Shown here: piece after piece, positions 1 through 9,670 of the stretch
How positions within the stretch are numbered: the stretch's first letter is position 1
How the letters are laid out: each line of letters starts with the position of its first letter
Virus record (IMG/VR): IMGVR_UViG_3300033141_004453
Coordinates: 1 to 55,936 of that record
Length of the DNA stretch: 55,936 nucleotides
Strand: one strand, 5' to 3'
From: a virus
Taxonomy: Duplodnaviria > Caudoviricetes
Translations under genes and position numbers: made by a program
The notes under the pieces: generated by a model
What the model was told of the DNA's origin: nothing
The model's input: only the letters and a program-made list of their open reading frames with translations
Databases searched by the model: none

Positions 1-111
1 CTCAAATGTCTTTTTCTCTTCATTGAATTCCTGTGGCATAGGGTTAACACTTTCCAGTGCCTTATACACTCTAACAAGTTTTTCGTCAGGAATATCTATT
101 GTTATTCTCAT
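1..111 (-). CDS. hypothetical protein, truncated at window edge (MRITIDIPDEKLVRVYKALES...)
   Basis: ATG at 111 with GGAGG 4-5 nt upstream; open to position 1; not in ORF track. Confidence 0.6.
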   Translation of the reverse strand, partial: MRITIDIPDEKLVRVYKALESVNPMPQEFNEEKKTFE

Positions 112-155
112 TGCTCCTCCTTTTAGGTTTATTTATTTGTGCTCTTAACATTTTC

Positions 156-2003
156 TCATAAACTTTCTCCTAATTTATTTGAAACATAATTAAAACAAAT
201 TCCATGCAATTCAACGGTATCTGATATTGTGTCCTGTGCGTCGGCAGACAACCTTGTTAATCTAAACATAATGCTTACGTCTGTTGGACTTGGAGCGTTA
301 ATTCCAGTAATATCTGTGACGACAATTCCATTAGCAGTTGCAGATGCGGCATCAACAACAGTCAGGGTTTCTTCTGCTCCCTGCGTTGTGTCTTCATCTT
401 CAGCCAACCACCTGTATTCTAATTGCCACTTTACATTTCCTGTTGAGGCTGAACTCCAGCCGATTCTTATTGTTACTCCTTCTGTTCTGTCCATATCATA
501 GGGCGGGGCTGTTCTCCAGCTGACACTTTCCTGATTTGCCTCAACTCCTTCATTGCTAAACTGCCATGCTGCAGTTTCCAGATTTCCATGAGAAACTTCT
601 GTTGCTGGCTTTGCACCAGGTGCTTTAATCCCTGCTGTATCTATCCATAAATCCCTTAAAACTCTCGCTGTCCCGACGAGGGTTAATTCTCCATTACTTG
701 AAAATGTAGCATAGTTTGTTGTTCCACCAAACTCGCTTGTCCCAAAAAATTCTGTTAATCTTGAATTAATATCTCCGCCGACTTGAAAATAAGTAAAGGT
801 TCCGTTATTGTTTGTTCCCTGGAATTTGATTGTATGTGTACCAGATAATGTCTTCCTACTCCAGCCAAATATTAGATTGTTATATACTGCAAGCATTTCG
901 CTGTCAGAACCATCTCCACCAACATAGAAATCACCTCCAGTATTATTTCCAATTCTCAAATATCCCGTCCCATTTGCCTCCAAAATAACATCCCCATTCG
1001 CACTTATAGGGTCAAGATATAGTATAGAACTTGAAGTATAAAGTTTGATGTATCCTTTGTTTGATGAATCAATGTAGAAATCCATATAAGTGTTGCCTTC
1101 TGCCGCTCTTCTCCAAAGTCTTAATTTCTTTCCGTTTTCATCATCTCCTACATCACTTTCTGCAAATAATTCAATGTCTGCTTCGGCGTTTGGCATTAGG
1201 TTAAGAGTTGAGCCGTCCCAGTCAAGCAGTGTCATTACTGTTGAATGAGCATTTAGAGTATCTGATATTAAGTAATTAGATACTGATACATAAGATGAAT
1301 ACATATAGTTTACCCCTACGATATTGTTTGAGTTTAGGTCCAAATCTGCATCTTCAATTTCAATAAAATCAGGAGTTCCTTGAGTCCAACTTATTCTCCC
1401 AGTAGTGCTTGACAAACCAATGTATGCCCCACTTTCCACATTCATTCTATAACTATGCAAATTCAGGTTTGTACTAAAACTTATTTCATTCTCATTTCCA
1501 TCCCAAGAAAACAAGGAAGTTCCGTCTGCGGCATTATAATTATCCGACTTAATACTTCCAGCCTCAACATCAACCCAATTTGTCAAACTATTTGCATCTT
1601 GTCCATTCCAATCATTATATACATAAATAGGATTTCCAGATTCTCCATAAACATAATCCGTATATAATAATGTAGAATGAATCTCTTGAATATATCCATA
1701 ATCAAATCTATGGTCTGCTTGACCAAGCGTTGTCTGCAAATCTGTTGCAGGATAAATATATGATGCAGGAGCCAACTTAACATTAACACCAGAACTTATT
1801 TCAATATTCCCAGCTCCATCCCAAGAAAATAAGTTAGTGCCATCATTTGCATTGTAGGTATCTGTATTAAGTGCTTCTACTGTTATTATGTTGTCCGTTG
1901 TTGCTCCTGCATCTGTAACCTGTTGAAGAGAAGGTAATTCCTTCAAACTATTCAAAATTGAATCAAATTTCACCTTAACCATTTTATACCCAACTCCCAA
2001 CAT
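156..2003 (-). CDS. large beta-rich virion protein (fibre/spike-like); likely start near 1982 (MVKVKF)
   Basis: 615 aa rich in G/S/T/N/D; internal repeats of the form YNAxDGTxLFSWDG; lies within the head module. Confidence 0.55.
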   Translation of the reverse strand: MLGVGYKMVKVKFDSILNSLKELPSLQQVTDAGATTDNIITVEALNTDTYNANDGTNLFSWDGAGNIEISSGVNVKLAPASYIYPATDLQTTLGQADHRFDYGYIQEIHSTLLYTDYVYGESGNPIYVYNDWNGQDANSLTNWVDVEAGSIKSDNYNAADGTSLFSWDGNENEISFSTNLNLHSYRMNVESGAYIGLSSTTGRISWTQGTPDFIEIEDADLDLNSNNIVGVNYMYSSYVSVSNYLISDTLNAHSTVMTLLDWDGSTLNLMPNAEADIELFAESDVGDDENGKKLRLWRRAAEGNTYMDFYIDSSNKGYIKLYTSSSILYLDPISANGDVILEANGTGYLRIGNNTGGDFYVGGDGSDSEMLAVYNNLIFGWSRKTLSGTHTIKFQGTNNNGTFTYFQVGGDINSRLTEFFGTSEFGGTTNYATFSSNGELTLVGTARVLRDLWIDTAGIKAPGAKPATEVSHGNLETAAWQFSNEGVEANQESVSWRTAPPYDMDRTEGVTIRIGWSSASTGNVKWQLEYRWLAEDEDTTQGAEETLTVVDAASATANGIVVTDITGINAPSPTDVSIMFRLTRLSADAQDTISDTVELHGICFNYVSNKLGESL

Positions 2004-2277
2004 TAATTAATTGATTGTTAGAGTAAGTTAAAACCCTTACGAAACTTCCTGTAGAGTAGTGTTTTACAATACTACCAATTTCACTACCTGTAGAAATGCC
2101 TGTTGCTGTTCCTGATGTAATGTATATAAGTTCTGTTGCATAATTGTAGCCAGCATCTAAAGGTTGTTCTCCAAAAGTAAAAGTTCCACTTACAGCAACT
2201 GCTCCTTCAGGTGTTATATGCATCATTTTTTGGTCAGGACTACCAATAATTTGTTCCGGCATTTTACACTCCTTCAC
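1984..2277 (-). CDS. small Gly/Ser-rich putative virion protein
   Basis: ORF track; many SG/GS dipeptides; operonic with neighbours. Confidence 0.55.
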   Translation of the reverse strand: MKECKMPEQIIGSPDQKMMHITPEGAVAVSGTFTFGEQPLDAGYNYATELIYITSGTATGISTGSEIGSIVKHYSTGSFVRVLTYSNNQLINVGSWV

Positions 2278-2464
2278 TATTCAAAATTTTTAATTCAGCC
2301 AATATCAACCATAATAAATAATTTGTTACAGTTAAATCGCCGTAATTAAAAGATGTTGGCTTTTTAAGGTTTGGATTTTTTATTTGACTACTTAACAACA
2401 TCATATCATCCATAAACTGTTGTAAGTTAATATTCTTCCTTTCTACTTTCTTTTTTCTTACCAT
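2264..2464 (-). CDS. hypothetical protein
   Basis: ORF track; overlapping stop/start. Confidence 0.55.
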   Translation of the reverse strand: MVRKKKVERKNINLQQFMDDMMLLSSQIKNPNLKKPTSFNYGDLTVTNYLLWLILAELKILNSEGV

Positions 2465-2473
2465 TTCTTTTCT

Positions 2474-2800
2474 TTAACTCCCTTTTTCATTAATTTCAAT
2501 AAATTCAAAATGTTGCCTTTTTCTTGATGTACTAGCATTATTACCTCTAACAGTAGCATCAAATTTTCTTTCACCTTCAATAAATGCCCTTGTTCCCCAT
2601 AAGGCATCACCAACTCCCTGCATCATTGCCATTTGTTTACTTACTCCACCACTACCTGTAAAATCCTCCCATTTTCCAACAACCTTTACATCCTCATTAT
2701 CTAACGTGTTGTTTCTACTATGACATTGATGTACAAAATCTAAAGTAAATCTATCAACATTAAACCTTTGCTGACATCTTGGACATATTTTAGTTACCAT
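2474..2800 (-). CDS. hypothetical protein with N-terminal CxxC...HxC zinc motif
   Basis: CPRC...HQCH. Confidence 0.6.
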   Translation of the reverse strand: MVTKICPRCQQRFNVDRFTLDFVHQCHSRNNTLDNEDVKVVGKWEDFTGSGGVSKQMAMMQGVGDALWGTRAFIEGERKFDATVRGNNASTSRKRQHFEFIEINEKGS

Positions 2801-3026
2801 CTTTTACAACCTCAAAACCATTAGAAATAACTGGGCCACTAACCTTATTCTTATCCTCTCTTAATTTCCTTAACCTATCTGATATCTCCTTGTTCATACT
2901 GTCATTCCATAATTTCATACACTCTCCACAAATCCATACACCTCCTAATAATATAAATGCTTCTTTCCCACACTCACATTTTGGTCTTTGTTTCATTTTA
3001 ACTCCGTTACAGGTACAACTGTACAT
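2790..3026 (-). CDS. small zinc-finger protein (likely start near 2996, MKQRPKC)
   Basis: CECG...CGEC. Confidence 0.55.
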   Translation of the reverse strand: MYSCTCNGVKMKQRPKCECGKEAFILLGGVWICGECMKLWNDSMNKEISDRLRKLREDKNKVSGPVISNGFEVVKDGN

Positions 3027-4987
3027 CTACACATAGTATGAAGAGGAATATCAGGATGGTCATCTATAGGAAATATCTGTCCATTCAAACTTTCACATTG
3101 TGGACAAGTTCTTTCACCAATAGATGCAACCCATCTAATGTGTTTAATACCTTCATCTTTATAATGTCTAATAGCACCTTCATTAGCAACTCTTGTTACT
3201 TCACTTCTCGCTATCAATATACTTCTTATTTCCTTTGGTTTTATAATCTTTGGATTTCCTTTTTCATCTCTTAAAATTTTACCATTTTCAACAGCTAACA
3301 AATCTTTTGGACTTACTTTCTGAGAAATTTCCTTTTCAATATCCTTTATACTCCCTCCTTTCTTTATATTCCTATCTAAAATCTTCTTCAACTCTAATAT
3401 CTGGTTTTTAGATAATTTTCCTGCTAATTCTTCGGTTAGAGATTGAGCCGCCAACTTTTCAAACTTATCTTCCCTTATAAATTCAGATATTTTTTTAATG
3501 TAGTCCTTATAGTTAAATCCCAACCACTCTTCAATTGTATTATAGTTTTCAATCCCTTCGTAACAATGCGGACAAACATCATCTAACTCATGTAGTTGAA
3601 ATGAAGGACTTATGAATTGAGTTTGTGAAACTTGAGGCGTTTGTGGAGGTGTTTCATTTTGTCCTGGAACAATAGGTTGTGGTCTTTCTTCTTCTTTTTT
3701 TCTTTCCTCCTCCTCATTTTGCATCATTTGATTGTACTCATCTTCATTATAATCCAACATCTTAACTATATCTGCTTCAACTAATTTTGATAATGCACTA
3801 GAAGTTGTTGGTAGTTTTAAGATTTCCACTAACTTTGCCAACCTCTCATATTTTTCTGATGTTGATGGTCTTCCCCATTGAAATTCCACATGTACACTCA
3901 ATCCATTAGATTCCAATATCCTTCTAAATATATTTGTTTCAATCACCTTTTCTAACTCTGCTTGTATGGATTGTACTCTTCTCTCAAAAGCATCCATTTG
4001 CACTTTAGCCAATCCTTCTGGAACTTTGGCTTCTCCCATCAATACCGCAGGAACCTGAAAAATGTAAATTAGCATTTGCATATCAAACTCTAAAACTGCA
4101 TTGAACTTATCACCTATCTCCCCGAAATTTAATGCCTTAATATCAGTCAATCCATCAACAACCCATTCATGCTTATTATTCAACCACTCTAAATCCTTTC
4201 CATAAGAGGAAAAACTTTCTGGTGCAGGTTTATAATACTTTCCACCAAACACACCTCCTAATTTGATAACATAAGGTGAGTTGGCCTTCCTATTCATTAA
4301 CATATGCAAATCCTTTTGATTTTGAAGTAAGTTGTTGATGGTAACAAGCGCAGGATAAGCCACACCTAATCCATAAACCATATCACCAATTTTGTTAAAT
4401 CCTACATGGGCTATTTGATATGGTTTGAAGGAAATAACTTTCTCTCTATCAAAATTTTTAAATCCACCTTTATATTGATTATAACTCTCAACAACACCTA
4501 ATTTATCTCTTTTAATATACATATAATTAGCATTCAAAACCTTCATACCCTTTATACTCTCATTCTTTCCTCCTCCCAATTCTAAAAATCCATTTCCTTT
4601 CAATAGTGCTTCTTTTGTCCATTGCCTTAATAATGTATCAAAATTAACATCTTGCATGAAATCCTCAATAATCTTTTTTGCTCTCTCATCACTACATTCT
4701 ACATAAAATCCAGGACCAACAACAAAATCTACATACTTATCAATCACAGCAGTTAGAAATCCAAATTTCTTATAAAGCCCTTCAACTACACTAAAATCAA
4801 AAGGATGTTCCTCACCTAATTCTACTGGATACTTAATATCTTTTTTCTCCACCTCTCCTTTAAAACTTTCTGTAATATTATTCACACCTTTTATACTATC
4901 ATTTAAAATTAAAGGAGCATACTCTGTAGTATTTATAGATTCCGTAGTAGAATGACTTTTAAAAAAATCTTTTATACCCATATTCAA
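2993..4987 (-). CDS. portal protein fused to C-terminal MuF/SPP1-gp7-like head morphogenesis domain
   Basis: directly downstream of TerL; portal-like ALLKGNGFLEL, YGLG, FQVPAVLMG; C-terminal IARSEVTR..RW...RTCPQC..LNG...PLHTMCRC. Confidence 0.85.
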   Translation of the reverse strand: MNMGIKDFFKSHSTTESINTTEYAPLILNDSIKGVNNITESFKGEVEKKDIKYPVELGEEHPFDFSVVEGLYKKFGFLTAVIDKYVDFVVGPGFYVECSDERAKKIIEDFMQDVNFDTLLRQWTKEALLKGNGFLELGGGKNESIKGMKVLNANYMYIKRDKLGVVESYNQYKGGFKNFDREKVISFKPYQIAHVGFNKIGDMVYGLGVAYPALVTINNLLQNQKDLHMLMNRKANSPYVIKLGGVFGGKYYKPAPESFSSYGKDLEWLNNKHEWVVDGLTDIKALNFGEIGDKFNAVLEFDMQMLIYIFQVPAVLMGEAKVPEGLAKVQMDAFERRVQSIQAELEKVIETNIFRRILESNGLSVHVEFQWGRPSTSEKYERLAKLVEILKLPTTSSALSKLVEADIVKMLDYNEDEYNQMMQNEEEERKKEEERPQPIVPGQNETPPQTPQVSQTQFISPSFQLHELDDVCPHCYEGIENYNTIEEWLGFNYKDYIKKISEFIREDKFEKLAAQSLTEELAGKLSKNQILELKKILDRNIKKGGSIKDIEKEISQKVSPKDLLAVENGKILRDEKGNPKIIKPKEIRSILIARSEVTRVANEGAIRHYKDEGIKHIRWVASIGERTCPQCESLNGQIFPIDDHPDIPLHTMCRCTVVPVTELK

Positions 4988-5019
4988 AAAAACAAAACAA
5001 ATTTTAAAATACTATTGAT

Positions 5020-5037
5020 TTAAATTATATAGTTTAA
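5020..5037. promoter_or_regulatory. copy of palindromic motif TTAAATTATATAATTTAA (17/18) upstream of portal
   Basis: TTAAATTATATAGTTTAA in intergenic gap. Confidence 0.55.
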
Positions 5038-5048
5038 TCTTTTTTCCT

Positions 5049-6380
5049 TTAAAACCCATCTATAAATGGTGTATAAACTTCCTCTCTACTCCCTTTTAAA
5101 TACCAACAAGCAAGAGCAAGAGCATCTGGATAATCATCATATCTTCCTTCAGGGTGGTGGATTTTTAGATTTCCACTACTACCAATCTCATATCTCAAAT
5201 CCAATAACTGAAACACTAATTTTTTATGGTCTGGAAATTTTAATTTTTGATTCATCAACTTTTTAAGGTTTGAGTATATATCCTCCTTAGTTTGTACAGT
5301 GAAACGAATTCCTTCAACCCTTTCCTCAGATAATGTTTCTTTTAACCAATCTTCTGGTCCTTCACCTTGTCCTGTCTTATCAATATACACTTTTTCAAAA
5401 TTATACTTTTCATCCAATACCTTAACCTTCCCCACAATTTCTCTTGGTCTGTTCTTCTCATAATAATCTATAAAATTCACTCTAACCTCATCTTTGTTTG
5501 TTATTTCTAACACTATAAACACACTTTCATCTTGTCCCATCCCAGCAACATCAACCCCTAAAATATAAGTTGAATCTGGATGAACAGAACCTATTGGGAT
5601 AGTATTATCAATACACTTCTCAACCAACTCCCTCTCAAAATAACAATCTCTGTCTGAAACAAAATTTCCATAAATCTCTGCTTGTACATACAAACTATTC
5701 TCTCCAAACTCTCTTATATCTTTCTCAATCTCTCTTATTCCTTCTTCTGAAAGGTAAGGATTATCCTTATAGTTGTAGTGAAAACATCCATAATCCTCAT
5801 CACCATTTTGTCCTCTAACCCATTTGTCCCAAACATCTCCCTTCCCCCATGGGGTTGTTGTCTCCCATGTCGGTGCTCCTTTATCATAAGTGAGTGGTTT
5901 GATAGCATTATCTGCACCCCTCTTAATAAACGCACTTTCATCCTTAAACACCCTATCATATGCCACACCCCTAATACTATTTGGATTATCCGCAGAACCA
6001 AAGTCTATAAAACTTCCATTCTTCCATATAATTTTTGGGTATGGAGAATGAACTACTTTCTCTATATCATCATAAACCTTTGCTCTTTCAACCAATTCTA
6101 TAATTTTATCAAACACAATCAAAGTTTGTTTGTAAGTAGGGGCTATTAAAATTTGTGTGGGGTAGATTTTCAAAACTGCCCCTCTAATCAACTCGCCCGC
6201 AATCATTTGGGACTTCCCACTCCTCCTTCCACAAACAATGATTTTGTGTTTGTGTTTTGACCGAAGAACTTCTGCTTGCTTCTTATGGGGTTTTTGATTT
6301 AGATATGCTATTTGAAAAAGTACAGGGTCAAAGAAATCTTTTTCACTAACCTTAATACCATTCTCCATACTCTTCACCAT
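5049..6380 (-). CDS. terL: terminase large subunit
   Basis: Walker A GRRSGKS, Walker B VFKDES, TTPWG motif, RNase H-like nuclease GVDVAG..DES and DDYPDALA. Confidence 0.93.
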   Translation of the reverse strand: MVKSMENGIKVSEKDFFDPVLFQIAYLNQKPHKKQAEVLRSKHKHKIIVCGRRSGKSQMIAGELIRGAVLKIYPTQILIAPTYKQTLIVFDKIIELVERAKVYDDIEKVVHSPYPKIIWKNGSFIDFGSADNPNSIRGVAYDRVFKDESAFIKRGADNAIKPLTYDKGAPTWETTTPWGKGDVWDKWVRGQNGDEDYGCFHYNYKDNPYLSEEGIREIEKDIREFGENSLYVQAEIYGNFVSDRDCYFERELVEKCIDNTIPIGSVHPDSTYILGVDVAGMGQDESVFIVLEITNKDEVRVNFIDYYEKNRPREIVGKVKVLDEKYNFEKVYIDKTGQGEGPEDWLKETLSEERVEGIRFTVQTKEDIYSNLKKLMNQKLKFPDHKKLVFQLLDLRYEIGSSGNLKIHHPEGRYDDYPDALALACWYLKGSREEVYTPFIDGF

Positions 6381-6609
6381 CGTAATCCAACTCCGTTCCT
6401 TTCTCTATTTCTCTATCCTCATGGCATTGTTTACATAAGACCACAACATCACTCTCCTTCTCCTTCCCTAAACAATCATAATTCAGGTGGTGAACTTGTG
6501 TGGCCTTACCTCCACAATCTTCACATTCATAATTTGCACTTTCCAAAAATTCCTTCCTCTTTTCTTTCCATTCCTCACTACTTAAATATGCCTTATACTC
6601 ACTATTCAT
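6352..6609 (-). CDS. HNH endonuclease (terminase-associated)
   Basis: YL.S.EW..KR, CEDC, VHHLNY, LCKQCH. Confidence 0.88.
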   Translation of the reverse strand: MNSEYKAYLSSEEWKEKRKEFLESANYECEDCGGKATQVHHLNYDCLGKEKESDVVVLCKQCHEDREIEKGTELDYDGEEYGEWY

Positions 6610-7012
6610 CTTTCACAACTATCCCTCCCTCTTCTAACTCTTTCTTTTTTGCCTCTTTCAATCTCTCTATAACCCTGTCAACTGTTGTGTCAATATTCAG
6701 ATTCACATTTTGTTGAACTGGTGGATACAAATACTTCATAAACTCTAAAATTCTATTCATCATTGTGTTTAAGTCTCTAATCCTTTCTCTCTTCTCCTTC
6801 ACCTTATTTCCTTTCTCTACTTTTTCCTCTTCTCTTAAAATCTTCCTTAAATGAACTAATATATCCTCTAACTCTCTAACACATCTTTCTTTTGTCCATA
6901 ATCTCTTCTTTGGAACTCCAGCTATCCTCCTCCTATACTCATCATCTTGCTCTCTTGTTCTATACTTTCCTCCAAATCCATAGTCCTTAATTCCAGACCA
7001 TCCCATATTCAA
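6602..7012 (-). CDS. possible terminase small subunit
   Basis: helical, charged protein just upstream of HNH/TerL; positional inference only. Confidence 0.35.
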   Translation of the reverse strand: MNMGWSGIKDYGFGGKYRTREQDDEYRRRIAGVPKKRLWTKERCVRELEDILVHLRKILREEEKVEKGNKVKEKRERIRDLNTMMNRILEFMKYLYPPVQQNVNLNIDTTVDRVIERLKEAKKKELEEGGIVVKDE

Positions 7013-7041
7013 AAATAATTAAATAAATTAATTTCTATTTT

Positions 7042-7524
7042 CTACTTTTCCTCCTTTTTCTTACTCTTTTCCTTCCTGTTTTTTACCCATTCCTCATAAT
7101 CCTTCATAGGCATAAACACACTTACATAATGTCCTCTTAACTTACATCTCCATTTCAATGTGTGGCCAATAACAACTTGCGTCCTTACTCCTTCAATCAC
7201 TTTGTCCTGCATATCTTCGGCATCCTCAACTAACTCAAACCTATCTATGTCACCATACTCTTCAAAATTACCAAAATCCAATTCTTCCACATCTTTCTCT
7301 CTTACATATCCAAACTTCCTTTCACTTTCCTTCTGTACTTTCTCCAACTTGTCCATAAAGTCCAATCTTGCACATCTCTCATCAAAAGGTCTATGAGCCT
7401 TCACAAACTCTTGTGATACCTCTGCAATCTTCTTATTAAAAATATCCTTTGCAGTCACTTCACCTAACTCTTGCATACTTTGTTTTTCTTCTTTTGATAA
7501 TGTCCTCACAATTCCTAAATCCAT
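7042..7524 (-). CDS. hypothetical protein
   Basis: 160 aa; strong SD (TGAAAGGAGGT) upstream. Confidence 0.7.
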   Translation of the reverse strand: MDLGIVRTLSKEEKQSMQELGEVTAKDIFNKKIAEVSQEFVKAHRPFDERCARLDFMDKLEKVQKESERKFGYVREKDVEELDFGNFEEYGDIDRFELVEDAEDMQDKVIEGVRTQVVIGHTLKWRCKLRGHYVSVFMPMKDYEEWVKNRKEKSKKKEEK

Positions 7525-7548
7525 CTTTTCTTTTACCTCCTTTCACCT

Positions 7549-7860
7549 TTATGTTACTCCTGGTGGTGTTGGTTTATTCTTTATATCAACACCTTCAATC
7601 AATTGCTTCTTAAGGTTTTCAATCTTCCTCTTCTGCAACTTAATTTCATTTTCCAATTCTGCTTTTTGAGCCTTATAAACCCTCACCTTCTCCAAATAAT
7701 TCATCTTTAGACCTTTATTCAACATCAAATCATTATACTCCTGCAACCACTCCAAATGTTCTAATTCCTCTTCACATCTTTTAATTCCTTTTTCTGTAAA
7801 TTTTCTCTCACTTTCATTTAACTGCCTCTTTGTCATCCTCATAATCCTCCTTTTCTTCAA
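7549..7860 (-). CDS. hypothetical coiled-coil protein (true start probably slightly downstream)
   Basis: ORF track; heptad-like charged helix. Confidence 0.6.
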   Translation of the reverse strand: MKKRRIMRMTKRQLNESERKFTEKGIKRCEEELEHLEWLQEYNDLMLNKGLKMNYLEKVRVYKAQKAELENEIKLQKRKIENLKKQLIEGVDIKNKPTPPGVT

Positions 7861-7993
7861 ATTTCAATCTATCAATCATCTCCCAATACTCATCCAACTT
7901 GTCTTGCACAAACCTACTTAACTTAAAACTCTTTCTTTGGTCCTTTAATCTTTCCTTTTGGTCTTTCCGTAGATTAATTGTCGTAATTACCAT
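7814..7993 (-). CDS. ribbon-helix-helix (CopG/Arc-like) DNA-binding protein, 59 aa
   Basis: translated by hand: MVITTINLRKDQKERLKDQRKSFKLSRFVQDKLDEYW...; beta strand then helix, then LSRFVQDKL; absent from ORF track. Confidence 0.65.
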   Translation of the reverse strand: MVITTINLRKDQKERLKDQRKSFKLSRFVQDKLDEYWEMIDRLKFEEKEDYEDDKEAVK

Positions 7994-8029
7994 TAAATAA
8001 ACAAATAATTATTTATTTAAAAATATTTT

Positions 8030-8053
8030 GTATTAAATTATATAATTTAATAC
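8030..8053. promoter_or_regulatory. perfect 24-bp palindrome GTATTAAATTATATAATTTAATAC (candidate operator)
   Basis: read directly; about 37 bp upstream of the RHH gene. Confidence 0.65.
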
Positions 8054-8563
8054 CTACTCCTCCTCCCCTTCATCATCCTCCAATTCCTCTTCCAATTCCT
8101 CCACATCATCATCCTCATCATCCTCAACCTCTTTCCTCTTTTCCTTCTCTTCTTCAATCTTTTCCTTCCATCTCTCAAAAATCCTCTTCATAATATACCC
8201 TACTTGAATATCATCATCTACCATACATACACTCACTCCTTTCACTACCAAACTTGCTAACATCCCTAAAATAGAGTGGATATGGATATTTGAATTTCTA
8301 TCCTCTAACTTCCCACTTATCAACACGTAAATGTGAGGATATAAAAACTCCATACTCTCTATCTGCTCTTTTAACCTCCCATCAATAATACTACTACAAA
8401 AATCATCAATTGTTTTCCTCTCAACAATAACACCTTCAACACCCTCACACAAATAATCTCCTTCACTCAATCTCCTTTTCTTTACCTTCACATCCAATAA
8501 CTCCAACACCTCCTTCATAAACTCAGGTTCTCTATCATCCATGATGATTTTGATTCCTTCCAT
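8054..8563 (-). CDS. ERCC4/XPF-family structure-specific nuclease with acidic tail
   Basis: DDRE, GDY, VERKTIDDFCSSIIDGRL.EQ. Confidence 0.88.
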   Translation of the reverse strand: MEGIKIIMDDREPEFMKEVLELLDVKVKKRRLSEGDYLCEGVEGVIVERKTIDDFCSSIIDGRLKEQIESMEFLYPHIYVLISGKLEDRNSNIHIHSILGMLASLVVKGVSVCMVDDDIQVGYIMKRIFERWKEKIEEEKEKRKEVEDDEDDDVEELEEELEDDEGEEE

Positions 8564-8622
8564 CCTTCTATTATTAACATTCTTTCATTTAAATTATTTA
8601 TGTTTCTATCACTCACAATTCC

Positions 8623-9024
8623 TTATAAATCTTTCCACTTCCTTTCCCTTACCCATTCCTCTGCCCTTGTCATACTTTTCTGCATTCCTTTTATTGCCAT
8701 CCTACAAACTCTCTTATAATACTCACATTCTTCCTTTGACTTCAAAACAAAATAATCACTACCCCTAACAATAACAAACACCTTATTCTCATGTCTCAAC
8801 ATCCTTATAATCCTTTGTATAACATCCCACCAATAACACCTTTCATAAACACTTAAACTTTCTGGCTTACATCCCATAACCTCACTAAAAATTGAGTAGG
8901 GGTTGGTAGCATTCTCTTCTCCAATATGGGATTTGAAGTGAGTAATTATTTTCTCTCTAATCTCTTCAAGATGCTTCTTTTCCTTTCCCTTACCTTTCTT
9001 CTTCCTTAATACTTCCTGCTTCAT
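8623..9024 (-). CDS. hypothetical protein, possibly winged-helix DNA-binding
   Basis: HIGEENA...IQRIIRMLR...IVRGSDYF pattern. Confidence 0.45.
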   Translation of the reverse strand: MKQEVLRKKKGKGKEKKHLEEIREKIITHFKSHIGEENATNPYSIFSEVMGCKPESLSVYERCYWWDVIQRIIRMLRHENKVFVIVRGSDYFVLKSKEECEYYKRVCRMAIKGMQKSMTRAEEWVRERKWKDL

Positions 9025-9403
9025 TTTTTATCTTACCTTCTCCTCCCAATTCTGATGAAGTAATTCCATACCTATTTTTATAATAATACAAACTTTTTGT
9101 AATTGAATCCCAATCTCGTCCATATTTCATAGCCCAATTTTCCTTTTCCTCCTTACTACCAGAACTCAATATCTTCAATCCCTCAACAATTTCCTCCCTA
9201 CTCCACCCTATACTAGCTCTCCTCCTTCTTCTAACTCTCTCTTCACCATTATTTATTGGGTCTTTGTCCATCAACTTAATAATTTGTTGTAATCTAAACA
9301 CTACCTTACTTAACTGCTCTATACTTACTTCATCTGGGAAGTCTATCTCATAATTCTCAAACTCACTTATCTGAATCTTCATCTTTTCCTGACCTCCTTT
9401 CAA
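8990..9403 (-). CDS. hypothetical protein (possible HTH in C-terminal half)
   Basis: WSREE...KYGRDWDSI; SD upstream of ATG near 9382. Confidence 0.5.
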   Translation of the reverse strand: MKGGQEKMKIQISEFENYEIDFPDEVSIEQLSKVVFRLQQIIKLMDKDPINNGEERVRRRRRASIGWSREEIVEGLKILSSGSKEEKENWAMKYGRDWDSITKSLYYYKNRYGITSSELGGEGKIKNEAGSIKEEER

Positions 9404-9670
9404 ATGTTGATTGACAACAACTACAAATCCACTTTCCCTCTACTGATTGACTTTCTACAAACCATGTTTTTCTCTTACATAACCAACACCATTTCTTCTC
9501 ATATTTCATCTTATTCCTCCACACCTTACATTCCTTATAAAACCCCCTAAATTCCTGTATTTTTCGGTTTTAACCATAGTTTTTTCTCTTTCCAATATAA
9601 ATTTACCCCTATCCAAAAAACTACTAAATTTGCCTATGTTTTGCTTGTTTTTACCTATTCTTGCTTCCAT

